Source of the DNA: Alkalilimnicola ehrlichii MLHE-1
GTDB lineage: Bacteria; Pseudomonadota; Gammaproteobacteria; Nitrococcales; Halorhodospiraceae
NCBI RefSeq assembly: GCF_000014785.1
Contig: NC_008340.1
Coordinates: forward strand, 1,050,001-1,082,000
Direction of reading: 5' to 3'
DNA: 32,000 nucleotides
Positions 1 through 10,851 of the stretch are shown in pieces; within the stretch, counting starts at the first letter, position 1; the number at the start of each line of letters is the position of its first letter. The notes beneath the pieces were generated by a model, which was not told where the DNA came from, searched no databases, and saw only the letters and a program-made list of their open reading frames with translations. The position numbers and the translations under genes were made by a program.

Positions 1-1164
1 CGGATCCTCACCTTTAACAACATCTCGGTCAAAGGGCTGGAGCGCTTCCCGCGGGATCACTTCGAGACCTCCTCCGACATCGCCCACCCGGACGCCATCA
101 TGCTGCGCTCCCACAAGCTACAGGAGAGCGAGGTGGCGGATACCGTGTTGGCGGTGGGCCGTGCCGGCGCCGGGGTCAACAACATCCCGGTGGAGGCCAT
201 GAGCCGGCGGGGCGTCCCGGTGTTCAACGCCCCGGGCGCCAACGCCAACGCAGTGAAGGAGTTGACCATCGCCGGGCTGTTCCTGGCCGCCCGCAACATC
301 TGCCAGGCCTGGGACTTTGCCCGCGCCCTGGAGGGGAGCGACCAGCAGATCAACGCCGAGGTGGAGGCGGGCAAAAAGCGCTTCACCGGCTTTGAGCTGC
401 CGGGGCGCACCCTGGGCGTGATCGGCCTGGGTGCCATCGGGGTGGAGGTGGCCAACGCGGCTATGGCCCTGGGCATGAAGGTTGTCGGCTACGACCCGCA
501 GATCACCGTGCACCGGGCCTGGCAGCTCTCCAGTCAGGTGGAACAGGCCCATAGCGTCGATGAACTGATGAGCCGGGCCGATGTGGTGACCATTCACGCC
601 CCGCTGAATGAGGCCACCCGTGGGCTGATCAATGGTAGCCGCCTGGCCGCGGCCCACCCGGGGCTGACGGTGCTCAACTTCGCGCGTTCCGAGGTGGTGG
701 ACGAGCAGGCCATCCTGGAGGCGTTGGACCGCGACCATCTGCGTGCCTATATCTGTGACTTCCCCAGCAATGCCCTGAAGGGGCGGGGCAACGTCATCGC
801 CTTGCCCCACCTGGGTGCCTCCACGGTGGAGTCGCAGGAGAACTGCGCCGTCATGGTGGCGGATCAGCTCCGCGAGTACCTGGAGACGGGCAATATCCGC
901 AACGCGGTCAACTTCCCCGAGGTGGTGATGCCGCGGGGGGGCAAGGGCAACCGGCTCTGCGTGGTGAATGCCAACGTGCCCAACATGCTGGGGCGGATCT
1001 CCACCGCGCTGGCGGAGGCGGGGTTGAACATTGACGATATGTACAACAAGTCTCACGAGGAGCTGGCCTACACCGTGGTGGACGTGGAGGGCGCCATCCC
1101 CGAGTCGGTAGTGCAGGCCATTGCCGAGGTGGAGGGCGTGTTGCGGGTTCGGGTCATCGAGTGA
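1..1164 (+). CDS. serA: D-3-phosphoglycerate dehydrogenase with C-terminal ACT domain, 5' truncated by window edge
   Basis: Frame open from base 1 (RILTFNNISVKGLERFP...); NAD-binding motif GVIGLGAIGVEVANAAMALGMKVVGYDP; C-terminal ACT-like NMLGRISTALAEAGLNIDDMYNKS; stop at 1162-1164. Confidence 0.93.
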   Translation, partial: RILTFNNISVKGLERFPRDHFETSSDIAHPDAIMLRSHKLQESEVADTVLAVGRAGAGVNNIPVEAMSRRGVPVFNAPGANANAVKELTIAGLFLAARNICQAWDFARALEGSDQQINAEVEAGKKRFTGFELPGRTLGVIGLGAIGVEVANAAMALGMKVVGYDPQITVHRAWQLSSQVEQAHSVDELMSRADVVTIHAPLNEATRGLINGSRLAAAHPGLTVLNFARSEVVDEQAILEALDRDHLRAYICDFPSNALKGRGNVIALPHLGASTVESQENCAVMVADQLREYLETGNIRNAVNFPEVVMPRGGKGNRLCVVNANVPNMLGRISTALAEAGLNIDDMYNKSHEELAYTVVDVEGAIPESVVQAIAEVEGVLRVRVIE

Positions 1165-1177
1165 GGCGTTGGCGAGC

Positions 1178-2281
1178 ATGAGTGACGAACAGACCTCCCC
1201 CGACGATCAGGCCGCGCTGCAGGCCGTGCGTGCGCGCATCGACGCCCTGGACGACGAGATCCTGCGGCTAATCAGCGAGCGCGCCCGGATGGCCGAAGAG
1301 GTGGCCCGGGTCAAGCGTGAGGCCGGGCACAGCAACGATTTCTACCGCCCCGAGCGCGAGGCGCAGGTGCTGCGCCGGGTCCGCCAGTCCAACCCCGGCC
1401 CGCTGGGCGAGGAGGCGGTGACCCGGCTGTTCCGCGAGATCATGTCCGCCTGCCTGGCCATCCAGCTGCCCTTGCAGGTGGCCTTCCTGGGGCCCGAAGG
1501 CACCTATACCCAGGAGGCGGCACTCAAGCACTTCGGCCACGCCATGGGCACGGCACCGCTGAGCACTATCGCCGCGGTCTTTCGTGAGGTGGAGTCCGGT
1601 GCCGCCCACTACGGGGTGGTGCCGGTGGAGAACTCCACCGAGGGGGTGGTCACCCACACGGTGGACCGCTTTCTCAACTCGCCGCTGCAGATCGTCGGCG
1701 AGGTGCAGTTACCCATCCACCACGCCCTGGCCAGCCGCGAGCAGGACTGGAACGCCATCCGGCGTATCTACTCCCACCAGCAGGGACTGGCCCAGTGCCG
1801 GGCCTGGGTCGATACCCATCTGCCGGGCGTGGAACGGGTGCCGGTCACCAGCACCGCCGAGGCGGCGCGGCTGGCGGCGGCCGAACGGGGTGCGGCGGCC
1901 ATCGCCAGTGAGGCGGCCTGCGAGCTCTACGACTTGCCGGTGCTTGCCACCCACATCGAGGACGAGCCGGGCAACACCACCCGCTTTCTGGTGGTGGGGC
2001 CGGAGTCTCCACCACCCAGCGGTGACGACAAGACCTCCTTGGTGATCAGCCGGGCCAACCAGCCGGGTGGCCTTTACCGGCTGCTGGAACCATTAGCCAG
2101 GAATGGAGTGAACATGACCCGGATCGAATCCCGGCCCGCGCCGCAGGGCGTCTGGGAGTATGTGTTCTTCGTGGACCTGTTGGGTCACGTGGAGGACGAA
2201 CCCGTCCGCCAGGCGTTGGCCGAGATCCGCGAACAGGCCAGCCTGTGCCGCGTCCTGGGCTCGTACCCGCGAGCGCTGTAA
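1178..2281 (+). CDS. pheA: Bifunctional chorismate mutase / prephenate dehydratase (P-protein)
   Basis: N-terminal chorismate mutase helix (VRARIDALDDEILRLISERARMAEEVARVK), then FLGPEGTYTQEAALKHFG and ACT domain ESRPAPQGVWEYVFFVDLLGH; likely ATG at 1178 inside the longer ORF. Confidence 0.95.
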   Translation: MSDEQTSPDDQAALQAVRARIDALDDEILRLISERARMAEEVARVKREAGHSNDFYRPEREAQVLRRVRQSNPGPLGEEAVTRLFREIMSACLAIQLPLQVAFLGPEGTYTQEAALKHFGHAMGTAPLSTIAAVFREVESGAAHYGVVPVENSTEGVVTHTVDRFLNSPLQIVGEVQLPIHHALASREQDWNAIRRIYSHQQGLAQCRAWVDTHLPGVERVPVTSTAEAARLAAAERGAAAIASEAACELYDLPVLATHIEDEPGNTTRFLVVGPESPPPSGDDKTSLVISRANQPGGLYRLLEPLARNGVNMTRIESRPAPQGVWEYVFFVDLLGHVEDEPVRQALAEIREQASLCRVLGSYPRAL

Positions 2282-2308
2282 CGCCGTCCGGATTGTGAGG
2301 ACAATGCC

Positions 2309-3448
2309 ATGAGCATGAGCGAAGTCGACTGGGCCCGACGGGCGGTCCCCGGTGTCCAGGCCCTGGCCCCCTATGAGCCGGGCAAGCCCATCGCGGAACT
2401 GCGCCGCGAATACGGCGTGACCGACATCATCAAGCTGGCCTCCAACGAGAGCCCGCTGGGGCCCTCGCCGCAGGCCCTGACCGCCGCCCGCGAGGCCGCC
2501 GCCGAGGTGCACCGCTATCCGGACGGCAACGCCTTCGAGCTGAAGGCACGGCTGGCTGCGCGGCATGGCGTCGGGGCGGAGCGCATCACCCTGGGTAATG
2601 GCTCCAACGACGTCCTCGCGCTGATCGCCCAGGCCTTCCTGGGCCCGGAGCGCGAGGCGGTGTTCTCCCGCCACGCCTTCGCCGTCTACCCCATTGTCAC
2701 CCAGGCGGCCGGGGCGGTGGCCCGGGTGGCGCCCGCGCACGGCGCCGACAGCGACCAACCCTACGGGCACGATCTGGCCGCCATGCAGCGGCTGATCAGC
2801 GGGCGCACCCGGGTGGTCTTCATCGCCAACCCCAACAACCCAACCGGTACCTGGGTCGGGGAGGATGCGCTGCGCGCCTTCATCGAGCAGGTCCCGGGCG
2901 ACGTGCTGGTGGTGGTGGACGAGGCCTATTTCGAGTACGCCCGGGATCTCGCCGGCCTGCCCGACGCCAGCCGCTGGCTGGATGAGTTCCCCAACCTGGT
3001 GGTCACCCGGACCTTCTCCAAGTGCTACGGGCTGGCCGGGTTGCGGGTGGGCTACGCGCTCAGCAGCCCGCCGGTGGCGGAGCTGCTCAACCGCGTCCGC
3101 CAGCCCTTCAACTGCAATGCCGTGGCCCAGGCGGCGGCCGGGGCAGCGCTGGACGACGAGGCCCATCTGGCCCGCGCCATCGCCCTCAATACCGAGCAAC
3201 TGCGGCTCATGGAGGCGGAGCTGCGCCAGTTGGGGCTCACCGTCCTGCCCTCCGCCGGCAACTTCCTCTGTTTCGATGTCGGCGGCGGCGCTGCCTCGGT
3301 CAACGAGGGGTTGCTGCGGGCCGGGGTCATCGTGCGCCCGGTGGGCGGTTACGAACTGCCCGGTTTCCTGCGGGTATCGGTCGGCCTGCCCGAGGAGAAC
3401 CGGCGCTTCCTCGACACCCTGGAGCGGCTGATCAGCGCCCCGGCATGA
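2309..3448 (+). CDS. hisC: Histidinol-phosphate / aromatic aminotransferase
   Basis: DIIKLASNESPLGPSPQAL, NPNNPTG, TFSKCYGLAGLRVGYALS motifs of PLP class I/II HisC family. Confidence 0.93.
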   Translation: MSMSEVDWARRAVPGVQALAPYEPGKPIAELRREYGVTDIIKLASNESPLGPSPQALTAAREAAAEVHRYPDGNAFELKARLAARHGVGAERITLGNGSNDVLALIAQAFLGPEREAVFSRHAFAVYPIVTQAAGAVARVAPAHGADSDQPYGHDLAAMQRLISGRTRVVFIANPNNPTGTWVGEDALRAFIEQVPGDVLVVVDEAYFEYARDLAGLPDASRWLDEFPNLVVTRTFSKCYGLAGLRVGYALSSPPVAELLNRVRQPFNCNAVAQAAAGAALDDEAHLARAIALNTEQLRLMEAELRQLGLTVLPSAGNFLCFDVGGGAASVNEGLLRAGVIVRPVGGYELPGFLRVSVGLPEENRRFLDTLERLISAPA

Positions 3449-4335
3449 GTAAGCGGCCGTTAATCCACCGGCTCTGTATCATCGGCGTCGGCCTGATCGG
3501 CGGTTCGCTGGCCCGCGCTCTGCGCCAGGCCGGCGCCGTGGACCAGGTGATCGGTTGCGGCCGCAGCGTCGACAGCCTCCAGCGTGCCGAGGAGTTGGGG
3601 GTGGTGGACCACTACACCACCGACCCGGCGCGGGCGGTGGCCGCCGCCGATATGGTGGTGGTCTGCGTGCCGCTGGGCGCCATGCGCGGTGTCTTCGAGC
3701 AGATCCGGGACCACCTCGCCCCGGAGGCGGTGGTAACCGACGGCGGTAGCGCTAAAGGCTCAGTCATCGAGGACGCGCGGGCCGCCTTCGGCGAGCTGCC
3801 CGCCGGTTTCGTGCCCGGTCACCCCATTGCCGGTACGGAGAAAAGTGGGGTGGAGGCCTCCTTCGCCCGGCTCTACAACCAGCGCCGGGTCATCCTCACC
3901 CCGGTGCCGGAGAGCGCCGACTGGGCGGTGGCGCGGACCCGCCGCATGTGGGAGGCGGTGGGCGCCCGGGTGACCTGTATGTCGGCCGCCCACCACGACG
4001 ACGTGCTGGCCGCTACCTCGCACCTACCGCACGCCCTGGCCTTTGGCCTAGTGGATACCCTCTCCCGCTGGGAGGGCGAGCATGAGATCTTTGAATACGC
4101 GGCCGGCGGATTCCGCGACTTCACCCGCATCGCCTCCTCCGACCCGGTGATGTGGCGGGACATCTGCCTTGCCAACCGCGAGGCATTGGCGCGGGCGTTG
4201 CGTTACTACACCGCTGACCTGGCGCATCTCACGGCGCTGGTCGAGCAGGGGGACGGGGCGGCCCTGGAGGCCATCTTCCGTCATGCCAAGGAGCGCCGCG
4301 AGCAATTCCTGGCGTTACTGGAAGACAAACACTAG
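3445..4335 (+). CDS. tyrA: Prephenate/arogenate dehydrogenase
   Basis: MSKRPLIHRLCIIGVGLIGGSLARALRQ Rossmann motif, GHPIAGTEKSGVEAS motif; ATG overlaps hisC stop (ATGA). Confidence 0.92.
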   Translation: MSKRPLIHRLCIIGVGLIGGSLARALRQAGAVDQVIGCGRSVDSLQRAEELGVVDHYTTDPARAVAAADMVVVCVPLGAMRGVFEQIRDHLAPEAVVTDGGSAKGSVIEDARAAFGELPAGFVPGHPIAGTEKSGVEASFARLYNQRRVILTPVPESADWAVARTRRMWEAVGARVTCMSAAHHDDVLAATSHLPHALAFGLVDTLSRWEGEHEIFEYAAGGFRDFTRIASSDPVMWRDICLANREALARALRYYTADLAHLTALVEQGDGAALEAIFRHAKERREQFLALLEDKH

Positions 4336-4350
4336 GCACTGGAGAAAGCT

Positions 4351-5691
4351 GTGGAATTTCATGTGCGACCCGGCGGGGCGCTGCGGGGGCGGCTCCGCGT
4401 CCCGGGCGATAAATCCATCTCTCATCGCGCCATCATGCTCGGCGCCCTGGCCGAGGGCGAGACCCGCATCAGCGGCTTTCTGGAGGGTGCCGATGCCCTG
4501 GCCACGCTGCGCACCTTCCGTGCCATGGGGGTGGACATCGACGGGCCCCACCAGGGCCGGGTGACGGTGCAGGGGGTCGGTCTGCACGGGCTGCGGGCGC
4601 CGGACGGGCCGCTGGACCTGGGCAACTCCGGCACCTCCATGCGCCTGCTCTGCGGGCTGCTGGCCGGGCAGTCCTTCGATACCACCCTCACCGGCGATGC
4701 CTCCCTGTCCCGCCGGCCCATGCGCCGGGTGATCGACCCGCTCACCGCCATGGGGGCGGTGATCGAGAGCGGCCAGGGCGGCACGGCGCCGCTGACGGTG
4801 CGTGGCGGGCAACCCCTGCACGGCATCGACTACGAGCTGCCGGTGGCCAGCGCTCAGGTCAAATCCGCGCTGCTGCTGGCCGGCCTGTACGCCCGGGGGC
4901 GTACCTGTGTCACCGAGCCGGCGCCCACCCGCGATCACACCGAGCGCATGCTGGCCGGGTTCGGCTACCCGGTGCGGCAGGAGGGCCGCCGGGTCTGCAT
5001 CGAGGGCGGAGGGCGGCTGCGCGGCGGCGAGATCGATGTGCCGGCGGACATCTCCTCGGCGGCCTTTTTTCTGGTCGGTGCGAGCATCGCCGAGGGCTCC
5101 GATATCACCCTGGAGCACGTGGGCATGAACCCGACCCGCACCGGGGTGGTCGACATCCTCCGCCTGATGGGGGCCGATATCCAGGTGCAGAACGAGCGGG
5201 AAGTGGGGGGCGAGCCGGTGGCCGACCTGCGGGTGCGCAGTGCCCCCCTGAAGGGGGTTGCCATCCCCGAGGCGCTGGTACCGCTCGCCATCGATGAATT
5301 CCCGGTGCTCTTTGTCGCCGCCGCCTGCGCCGAGGGTGAGACGCTGCTGACCGGGGCCGAGGAGCTGCGGGTCAAGGAGAGCGACCGGATCGCGGTGATG
5401 GCCGAGGGCTTGACCACCCTGGGGGTTACCGCCGAGCCGCAACCCGACGGTATGCGCATCGTCGGTCAGCCGGATTGGGGCGGGGGGCGGGTGCACAGCC
5501 ACGGGGATCACCGTATCGCCATGGCCTTCACCATGGCCGCCACCCGGGCCCGTGAGCCGATCGAGATCGAGGACTGCGCCAATGTGAACACCTCGTTCCC
5601 CGGGTTCGTCGAGCTGGCCGGTGACGCAGGGGTGGCACTGACCCGGGGCGACGCAGAGGGACGTGCCCAGCAAAGGAGCGATTCACCATGA
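4351..5691 (+). CDS. aroA: 3-phosphoshikimate 1-carboxyvinyltransferase (EPSP synthase), GTG start
   Basis: VPGDKSISHRAIMLGALAEG, LGNSGTSMRLL, DHRIAMAF motifs. Confidence 0.96.
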   Translation: MEFHVRPGGALRGRLRVPGDKSISHRAIMLGALAEGETRISGFLEGADALATLRTFRAMGVDIDGPHQGRVTVQGVGLHGLRAPDGPLDLGNSGTSMRLLCGLLAGQSFDTTLTGDASLSRRPMRRVIDPLTAMGAVIESGQGGTAPLTVRGGQPLHGIDYELPVASAQVKSALLLAGLYARGRTCVTEPAPTRDHTERMLAGFGYPVRQEGRRVCIEGGGRLRGGEIDVPADISSAAFFLVGASIAEGSDITLEHVGMNPTRTGVVDILRLMGADIQVQNEREVGGEPVADLRVRSAPLKGVAIPEALVPLAIDEFPVLFVAAACAEGETLLTGAEELRVKESDRIAVMAEGLTTLGVTAEPQPDGMRIVGQPDWGGGRVHSHGDHRIAMAFTMAATRAREPIEIEDCANVNTSFPGFVELAGDAGVALTRGDAEGRAQQRSDSP

Positions 5692-6392
5692 CCGGACAGG
5701 CTGACAGCAACATCCCGGTGTTGACGCTGGATGGGCCCTCAGGGTCCGGCAAGGGGACCATCGCCCGGGCGGTGGCGGAGCAACTGGGCTGGCACCTGCT
5801 GGACAGCGGCGCCCTCTACCGCCTGGCCGCCCTCCACGCCTGCCGGCAGGATGTGCCGCTGGACGATGAGGGCGCGCTGGCGGCGCTGGCGCGGGATCTG
5901 CCCGCGGAGTTTCGTCAGGACGAACGGGGCGAACCCCACATCCTGCTTGCCGGCGAGGACGTGACCTGGCAGATCCGCACCGAACAGGTGGGTGATGCCG
6001 CCTCCCGGGTGGCGGCCATCCCCGCTGTACGTGAGGCGTTGCTGGAGCGCCAGCGGGCCTTCCGGCAACCCCCGGGGCTGGTGGCGGACGGCCGCGATAT
6101 GGGCACGGTGGTCTTCCCTGACGCCCCGGTGAAGATCTTCCTGACCGCCAGCGCGGAGGAGCGCGCCCGCCGGCGCTACAAGCAGTTGAAGGAGCAGGGG
6201 GTGAGTGTTACGCTTGCGAGTCTTTCGGAGGAGATCGCCGAGCGGGACCGGCGCGATGCCCAGCGCAGCGCGGCCCCCCTGCGACCCTCCAGGGGTGCCC
6301 TGGAACTGGACACCACGGGGGTGCCCGTGGACGAGGTGACAGGGCAGGTGCTGGCGCGGGTAAAGGCGTACCTGGCCGGCGAAAAAGGGTAG
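5688..6392 (+). CDS. cmk: Cytidylate kinase
   Basis: VLTLDGPSGSGKGTIARAVAEQLGWHLLDSGALYR and VADGRDMGTVVFPDAPVKIFLTASAEERARRR; start overlaps aroA stop. Confidence 0.96.
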   Translation: MTGQADSNIPVLTLDGPSGSGKGTIARAVAEQLGWHLLDSGALYRLAALHACRQDVPLDDEGALAALARDLPAEFRQDERGEPHILLAGEDVTWQIRTEQVGDAASRVAAIPAVREALLERQRAFRQPPGLVADGRDMGTVVFPDAPVKIFLTASAEERARRRYKQLKEQGVSVTLASLSEEIAERDRRDAQRSAAPLRPSRGALELDTTGVPVDEVTGQVLARVKAYLAGEKG

Positions 6393-6513
6393 TATCCAGC
6401 AGCACAGACAAGGGGGAAGGCGTGGTCAGCCCCGGTAATGGACCGGGCAGCCAGGCCTTTCATGGTTTTCAGACAACCGAACGGTCCGTACGCGGTCCGG
6501 GACACATCGAGCA

Positions 6514-8199
6514 ATGACCGAAAGCTTTGCAGAACTGTTTGAGGAAAGCCTTGCCAACACCGATATGCGCCCCGGCGCAATCGTCATGGGCAAGGTGGTG
6601 GCCATCGACGGTGATCACGTGGTGGTCAACGCCGGGTTGAAGTCCGAGGCGGTGATCCCTGCCTCCCAATTCTACGACGAGGAGGGCAACCTCGAAGTAG
6701 CGGAGGGGGACGAGGTCGAGGTCTCCCTGGACGCCGTCGAGGACGGCTCCGGCGAGACGCGTCTCTCCCGCGAGAAGGCCAAGCGGGCCTACGCCTGGCG
6801 GTTCCTCGAAGACGCCTACGAGAAGAGCGAGGCCGTCAAGGGCCAGATCAGCGGCAAGGTCAAGGGCGGTTTCACCGTCGACCTGGGCCATATCCGCGCC
6901 TTCCTGCCCGGCTCCCTGGTGGACATCCGGCCGGTGCGCGACACCACCTATCTGGAAGGGCGCGACCTGGAATTCAAGGTCATCAAGCTCGATCCGCGCC
7001 GTAACAACGTCGTGGTCTCCCGCCGCGCCGTGGTGGAGGAGGAGTACTCCGCCGAGCGCGAGCAGCTCCTCGAGAAGCTGCAGGAAGGTCAGGTGCTCAA
7101 AGGCATCGTCAAGAACCTTACCGACTACGGGGCCTTCGTGGACCTGGGCGGCATGGACGGCCTGCTGCACATCACCGACATGGCCTGGCGCCGGGTCAAG
7201 AACCCCTCCGAGGTGGTCGAGGTCGGTCAGGAGATCGAGGTCAAGGTGCTCAAGTTCGACCGCGAGCGCAACCGTGTCTCCCTGGGCCTGAAGCAGCTGG
7301 GTGCCGATCCGTGGGAGAACATCGGCGGCCGCTACCCCGAGGGTGCGCGCGTGCCGGGCCGTGTGACCAACATCACCGAGTACGGCGCGTTCGTCGAGAT
7401 CGAAGAGGGCGTCGAGGGCCTGGTCCACGTCTCCGAGATGGACTGGACCAACAAGAACGTCAACCCGGCGAAGATGGTCTCCATCGGCGACGAGGTCGAG
7501 GTCATGATCCTCGACATCGACGAGGAGCGCCGCCGTATCTCCCTGGGCATGAAGCAGTGCCTGCCCAACCCGTGGGACGAGTTCGCCGCCACCCACCAGA
7601 AGGGCGACCGGGTCACCGGCCAGATCAAGTCCATCACCGACTTTGGCATCTTTGTCGGGCTGGATGGCGGTATCGACGGCCTGGTGCACCTGTCCGACCT
7701 CTCCTGGGGCGAGGCCGGCGAGGAGGCGGTGCGCAACTACCGCAAGGGTGAGGAAGTCGAGGCCGTGGTGCTGTCGGTGGACCCCGAGCGCGAGCGCATC
7801 TCCCTGGGCATCAAGCAGCTCGAGCAGGACCCCTTCGGTTCCTGGCTGGCGGACCATCCCAAGGGCTCCCTGGTCAAGGGCACCGTGAAGGACGTCGAGG
7901 CCAAGGGCGCCACCGTGACGCTGGAAGGCGGCATGGAGGGCTACGTGCGCGCCTCCGATATCTCCCGCGACCGGGTCGAGGATGCCCGGACGGTCCTCAA
8001 GGAGGGCGAGGAGATCGAGGCCAAGTTTGTGGGCGTCGACCGCCGCAACCGCATGGCCAACCTGTCCATCAAAGCGAAGGACCAGGTGGAGGAGCAGCGG
8101 CTGGTGCAGGATCACGCCCGGCCCACCGGCACTGCCGGGACCACTGCCCTCGGCGATCTGCTCAAGGAGCAGCTCGGCGAGCAGAACGACGACCGCTGA
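6514..8199 (+). CDS. rpsA: 30S ribosomal protein S1
   Basis: 561 aa with repeated S1 domains ([30 protein letters not shown] etc.), located directly after cmk. Confidence 0.98.
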   Translation: MTESFAELFEESLANTDMRPGAIVMGKVVAIDGDHVVVNAGLKSEAVIPASQFYDEEGNLEVAEGDEVEVSLDAVEDGSGETRLSREKAKRAYAWRFLEDAYEKSEAVKGQISGKVKGGFTVDLGHIRAFLPGSLVDIRPVRDTTYLEGRDLEFKVIKLDPRRNNVVVSRRAVVEEEYSAEREQLLEKLQEGQVLKGIVKNLTDYGAFVDLGGMDGLLHITDMAWRRVKNPSEVVEVGQEIEVKVLKFDRERNRVSLGLKQLGADPWENIGGRYPEGARVPGRVTNITEYGAFVEIEEGVEGLVHVSEMDWTNKNVNPAKMVSIGDEVEVMILDIDEERRRISLGMKQCLPNPWDEFAATHQKGDRVTGQIKSITDFGIFVGLDGGIDGLVHLSDLSWGEAGEEAVRNYRKGEEVEAVVLSVDPERERISLGIKQLEQDPFGSWLADHPKGSLVKGTVKDVEAKGATVTLEGGMEGYVRASDISRDRVEDARTVLKEGEEIEAKFVGVDRRNRMANLSIKAKDQVEEQRLVQDHARPTGTAGTTALGDLLKEQLGEQNDDR

Positions 8200-8262
8200 G
8201 GCGGTCGCCGGGACGCAAGTCGTGTGCGGGCGGCTCCGGCTGCCCGCTCGCTGTACGTCGGT

Positions 8263-8296
8263 CGGTGGGGCCTTGTTGCAAGGCCCCACCGTTTTT
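8263..8296 (+). terminator. Rho-independent terminator after rpsA
   Basis: Perfect 13-bp stem CGGTGGGGCCTTG-TTG-CAAGGCCCCACCG (8263-8291) followed by TTTTT. Confidence 0.93.
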
Positions 8297-8328
8297 GGTT
8301 CAGAACCCCGTAGTCAGGCAGACAGTCA

Positions 8329-8631
8329 ATGACCAAATCCGAACTGATCGAAGTCATTGCCGGCAAACAACAACACCTGGCGCACAAGGATGTTGAGCTG
8401 GCGGTCAAGACCTTGCTCGAGCAGATGAGCGAAACGCTGGCCAGCGGCGAGCGCATCGAGATCCGCGGCTTCGGCAGTTTCTCGTTGCACCATCGTCCGC
8501 CGCGCATCGGACGCAACCCGAAAACCGGCGAGCCGGTGGCACTGCCCGGTAAATACGTGCCACACTTCAAGCCAGGTAAGGAGTTGCGCGACCGGGTCAA
8601 CGCCGGTCGGCACAACCCCATTCAGTCCTGA
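8329..8631 (+). CDS. ihfB: Integration host factor beta subunit
   Basis: [12 protein letters not shown]...[50 protein letters not shown]. Confidence 0.96.
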   Translation: MTKSELIEVIAGKQQHLAHKDVELAVKTLLEQMSETLASGERIEIRGFGSFSLHHRPPRIGRNPKTGEPVALPGKYVPHFKPGKELRDRVNAGRHNPIQS

Positions 8632-8667
8632 CAGGCACCGAATATCGCCAGGGTAGGGTAAGACAAC

Positions 8668-8961
8668 ATGCGTAAGGCAATAATAATAGTTTTCGTCCTC
8701 ATCGTAGCCGCCCTGGGGCTCAGCTTTGCCACCTTGAACGCCGATGACGTGGTGGTGGATTTCTTCTTCGGCCAGGCAGACCTGCCCCTTTCCTTCGTGC
8801 TCGTGGTCACACTCATCGTGGGGGCTATCCTGGGCGTTCTTGCCAGCCAGGTCGTGGTCTTCCGCAAGCGGCGGGAGATCCGAAAGCTCAAGCGCCAAGT
8901 CAATGATGCCCAAAAGGAGCTCAACGAACTCCGCCGTCTTCCGCTGAAGGAAGGACGCTAA
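8668..8961 (+). CDS. lapA: LapA / DUF1049 membrane protein
   Basis: 97 aa, two hydrophobic segments, LNADDVVVDFFFGQADLPLSFVL; sits between ihfB and lapB. Confidence 0.85.
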   Translation: MRKAIIIVFVLIVAALGLSFATLNADDVVVDFFFGQADLPLSFVLVVTLIVGAILGVLASQVVVFRKRREIRKLKRQVNDAQKELNELRRLPLKEGR

Positions 8962-8970
8962 GCCGACACC

Positions 8971-10140
8971 ATGCCCGAGTTGCTTTGGCTTTTGCTGCCC
9001 GTGGCGGCGATGTCCGGGTGGTTGGCCGGGAGACGGAGCGGGGCCGGGCATCGGGGCGGCGAGCAACGGGACCTGCCCGAGGCCTATTTCCAGGGCCTCA
9101 ACTACCTCCTGAACGAGGAGCGCGACAAGGCGCTCGAAGTGTTCACCCAAATGGTGGAGGTGGACAGCGAGACAGTCGAGACCCACCTGGCGCTGGGCAG
9201 CCTGTTCCGGCGCCGGGGTGAGGTCGACCGCGCCATCCGTATTCACCAGAACCTCATCGCCCGCCCGGCCCTGAGCCGCCAGCAGCGCACCTACGCCCTG
9301 CTGGAGCTGGGCGAGGACTACATGCGTGCGGGCCTGCTCGACCGGGCCGAGACGCTCTTCGAGGAGGTGATCGACCTCAACCACCACGTCGAACCGGCCC
9401 TGCGTCAACTGCTGGCCATCTATCAGCAGGAGAAGGAGTGGGACCAGGCCATCGGCGCCGCCCTGCGCCTGGAAAAGGTCTCCGCCCAGAACCTCCACCC
9501 CCAGGTGGCGCACTTCTACTGCGAGATGGCGGGCGAAGCCTGGGCGGCCGGCGATCTCAGCCGTGCCCGCACCCTCTACAAGCGCGCCCTCACCCACGAC
9601 CCGCGGTGTGTCCGGGCGAGTATCCAGGCCGGGCATCTGGCGCGGCAGATGGGGCATGCCCGGCAGGCGGTACGTTTGTACCGGCAGGTGCCTACCCAGG
9701 CACCGGAGTTCGTCGGCGAGGTGCTCGATGGCCTGTACCAGGCGCTGGAGAGCCTGGGTCAGCTCCACCGCTACCCGGAGTTTCTCGATCAATTGCTCGC
9801 CACCGGCAAGGCCCCGGTGGCGGTGGCGCTGGCGAAAGTGGAGTGGCTGCGCGCGGAGGCTGGGCACGAGGCGGCGATGCGCTGGCTGGCCGAGCACCTT
9901 GAAGCCCAGCCCTCGGTGCGCGGCCTACTCCGGCTGGTGGAGATGAGCGACGGCGCCCCCCCTGTGGCGGAGGGTCCGGTGGAGGCGGCACTGCACCGGA
10001 CTCTCCGCGCGCTGCTGGAGGCGCGGGCGCAGTACCTTTGCGGGCAATGCGGCTTCACCGCCCGCACGCTGTTCTGGCAATGCCCCGGCTGCAAGAGCTG
10101 GGGCAGTATCCGCCCCCTGCGTGGCGTGGAGGGAGAGTAA
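8971..10140 (+). CDS. lapB: Lipopolysaccharide assembly protein LapB (TPR + rubredoxin-like zinc domain)
   Basis: YFQGLNYLLNEERDKALEVFTQMVEVDSETVETHLALGSLFRRRGEVDRAIRIHQNL and C-terminal CGQCGFTARTLFWQCPGCKSWGSIRP. Confidence 0.94.
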   Translation: MPELLWLLLPVAAMSGWLAGRRSGAGHRGGEQRDLPEAYFQGLNYLLNEERDKALEVFTQMVEVDSETVETHLALGSLFRRRGEVDRAIRIHQNLIARPALSRQQRTYALLELGEDYMRAGLLDRAETLFEEVIDLNHHVEPALRQLLAIYQQEKEWDQAIGAALRLEKVSAQNLHPQVAHFYCEMAGEAWAAGDLSRARTLYKRALTHDPRCVRASIQAGHLARQMGHARQAVRLYRQVPTQAPEFVGEVLDGLYQALESLGQLHRYPEFLDQLLATGKAPVAVALAKVEWLRAEAGHEAAMRWLAEHLEAQPSVRGLLRLVEMSDGAPPVAEGPVEAALHRTLRALLEARAQYLCGQCGFTARTLFWQCPGCKSWGSIRPLRGVEGE

Positions 10141-10143
10141 CCC

Positions 10144-10851
10144 GTGTCCCATTCCCGACTGATCATTGCCCTGGATTACCCCGAGGCCGGGCCGGCCCTG
10201 GCGCTCGCCGATCGCCTGAGCCCCGAGCGCTGCGCGCTGAAGGTGGGCAAGGAGCTGTTCGTCGCCGAAGGCCCACAGTTGGTGGACGCGCTGGTCCGTC
10301 GGGGTTACCGGGTCTTTCTCGATCTCAAGTTCCACGACATCCCCAACACCGTCGCCGGGGCCTGTCGCTCGGCGGCCGCCACCGGGGCGTGGATGGTCAA
10401 CGTCCACGCCCTGGGCGGTGCCGCGATGATGGCGGCGGCCCGGGAGGCCCTGGGGGAGACCGGGGATCGCCCGCTGCTGACCGCGGTCACCGTGCTCACC
10501 AGCCACAGCGACGCGACCCTGCGTGAGATTGGCCTGGCCGGCCCGGCGGACGCCGCCGTCTGCCGGTTGGCCGAGCTGGCCCGGGGCGCCGGCGTGGACG
10601 GGGTGGTTTGCAGTGCCCGGGAGGCGGCCCTGGTGCGGGAGCGCTGCGGCGACGGTTTCCTGCGGGTGACCCCGGGTATCCGCCCGGCCTGGGCGGCAAA
10701 GGGCGATCAGGCGCGGGTGCTGAGCCCGGCCGACGCGGTCGCGGGCGGCGCCACCCACCTGGTGGTGGGGCGTCCGGTTACCCGCGCCGATGAGCCCCTG
10801 GCGGCGCTGGCGCGCCTGGAGCGCGAACTGGCCGCGCAGGACGAGACCTGA
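10144..10851 (+). CDS. pyrF: Orotidine 5'-phosphate decarboxylase
   Basis: [35 protein letters not shown] motifs. Confidence 0.96.
   Translation: MSHSRLIIALDYPEAGPALALADRLSPERCALKVGKELFVAEGPQLVDALVRRGYRVFLDLKFHDIPNTVAGACRSAAATGAWMVNVHALGGAAMMAAAREALGETGDRPLLTAVTVLTSHSDATLREIGLAGPADAAVCRLAELARGAGVDGVVCSAREAALVRERCGDGFLRVTPGIRPAWAAKGDQARVLSPADAVAGGATHLVVGRPVTRADEPLAALARLERELAAQDET

Noticed and set aside
6469-8289. 606-aa minus-strand ORF opposite rpsA
   Set aside because: Antisense shadow ORF in GC-rich DNA; the plus strand encodes a clear ribosomal protein S1.
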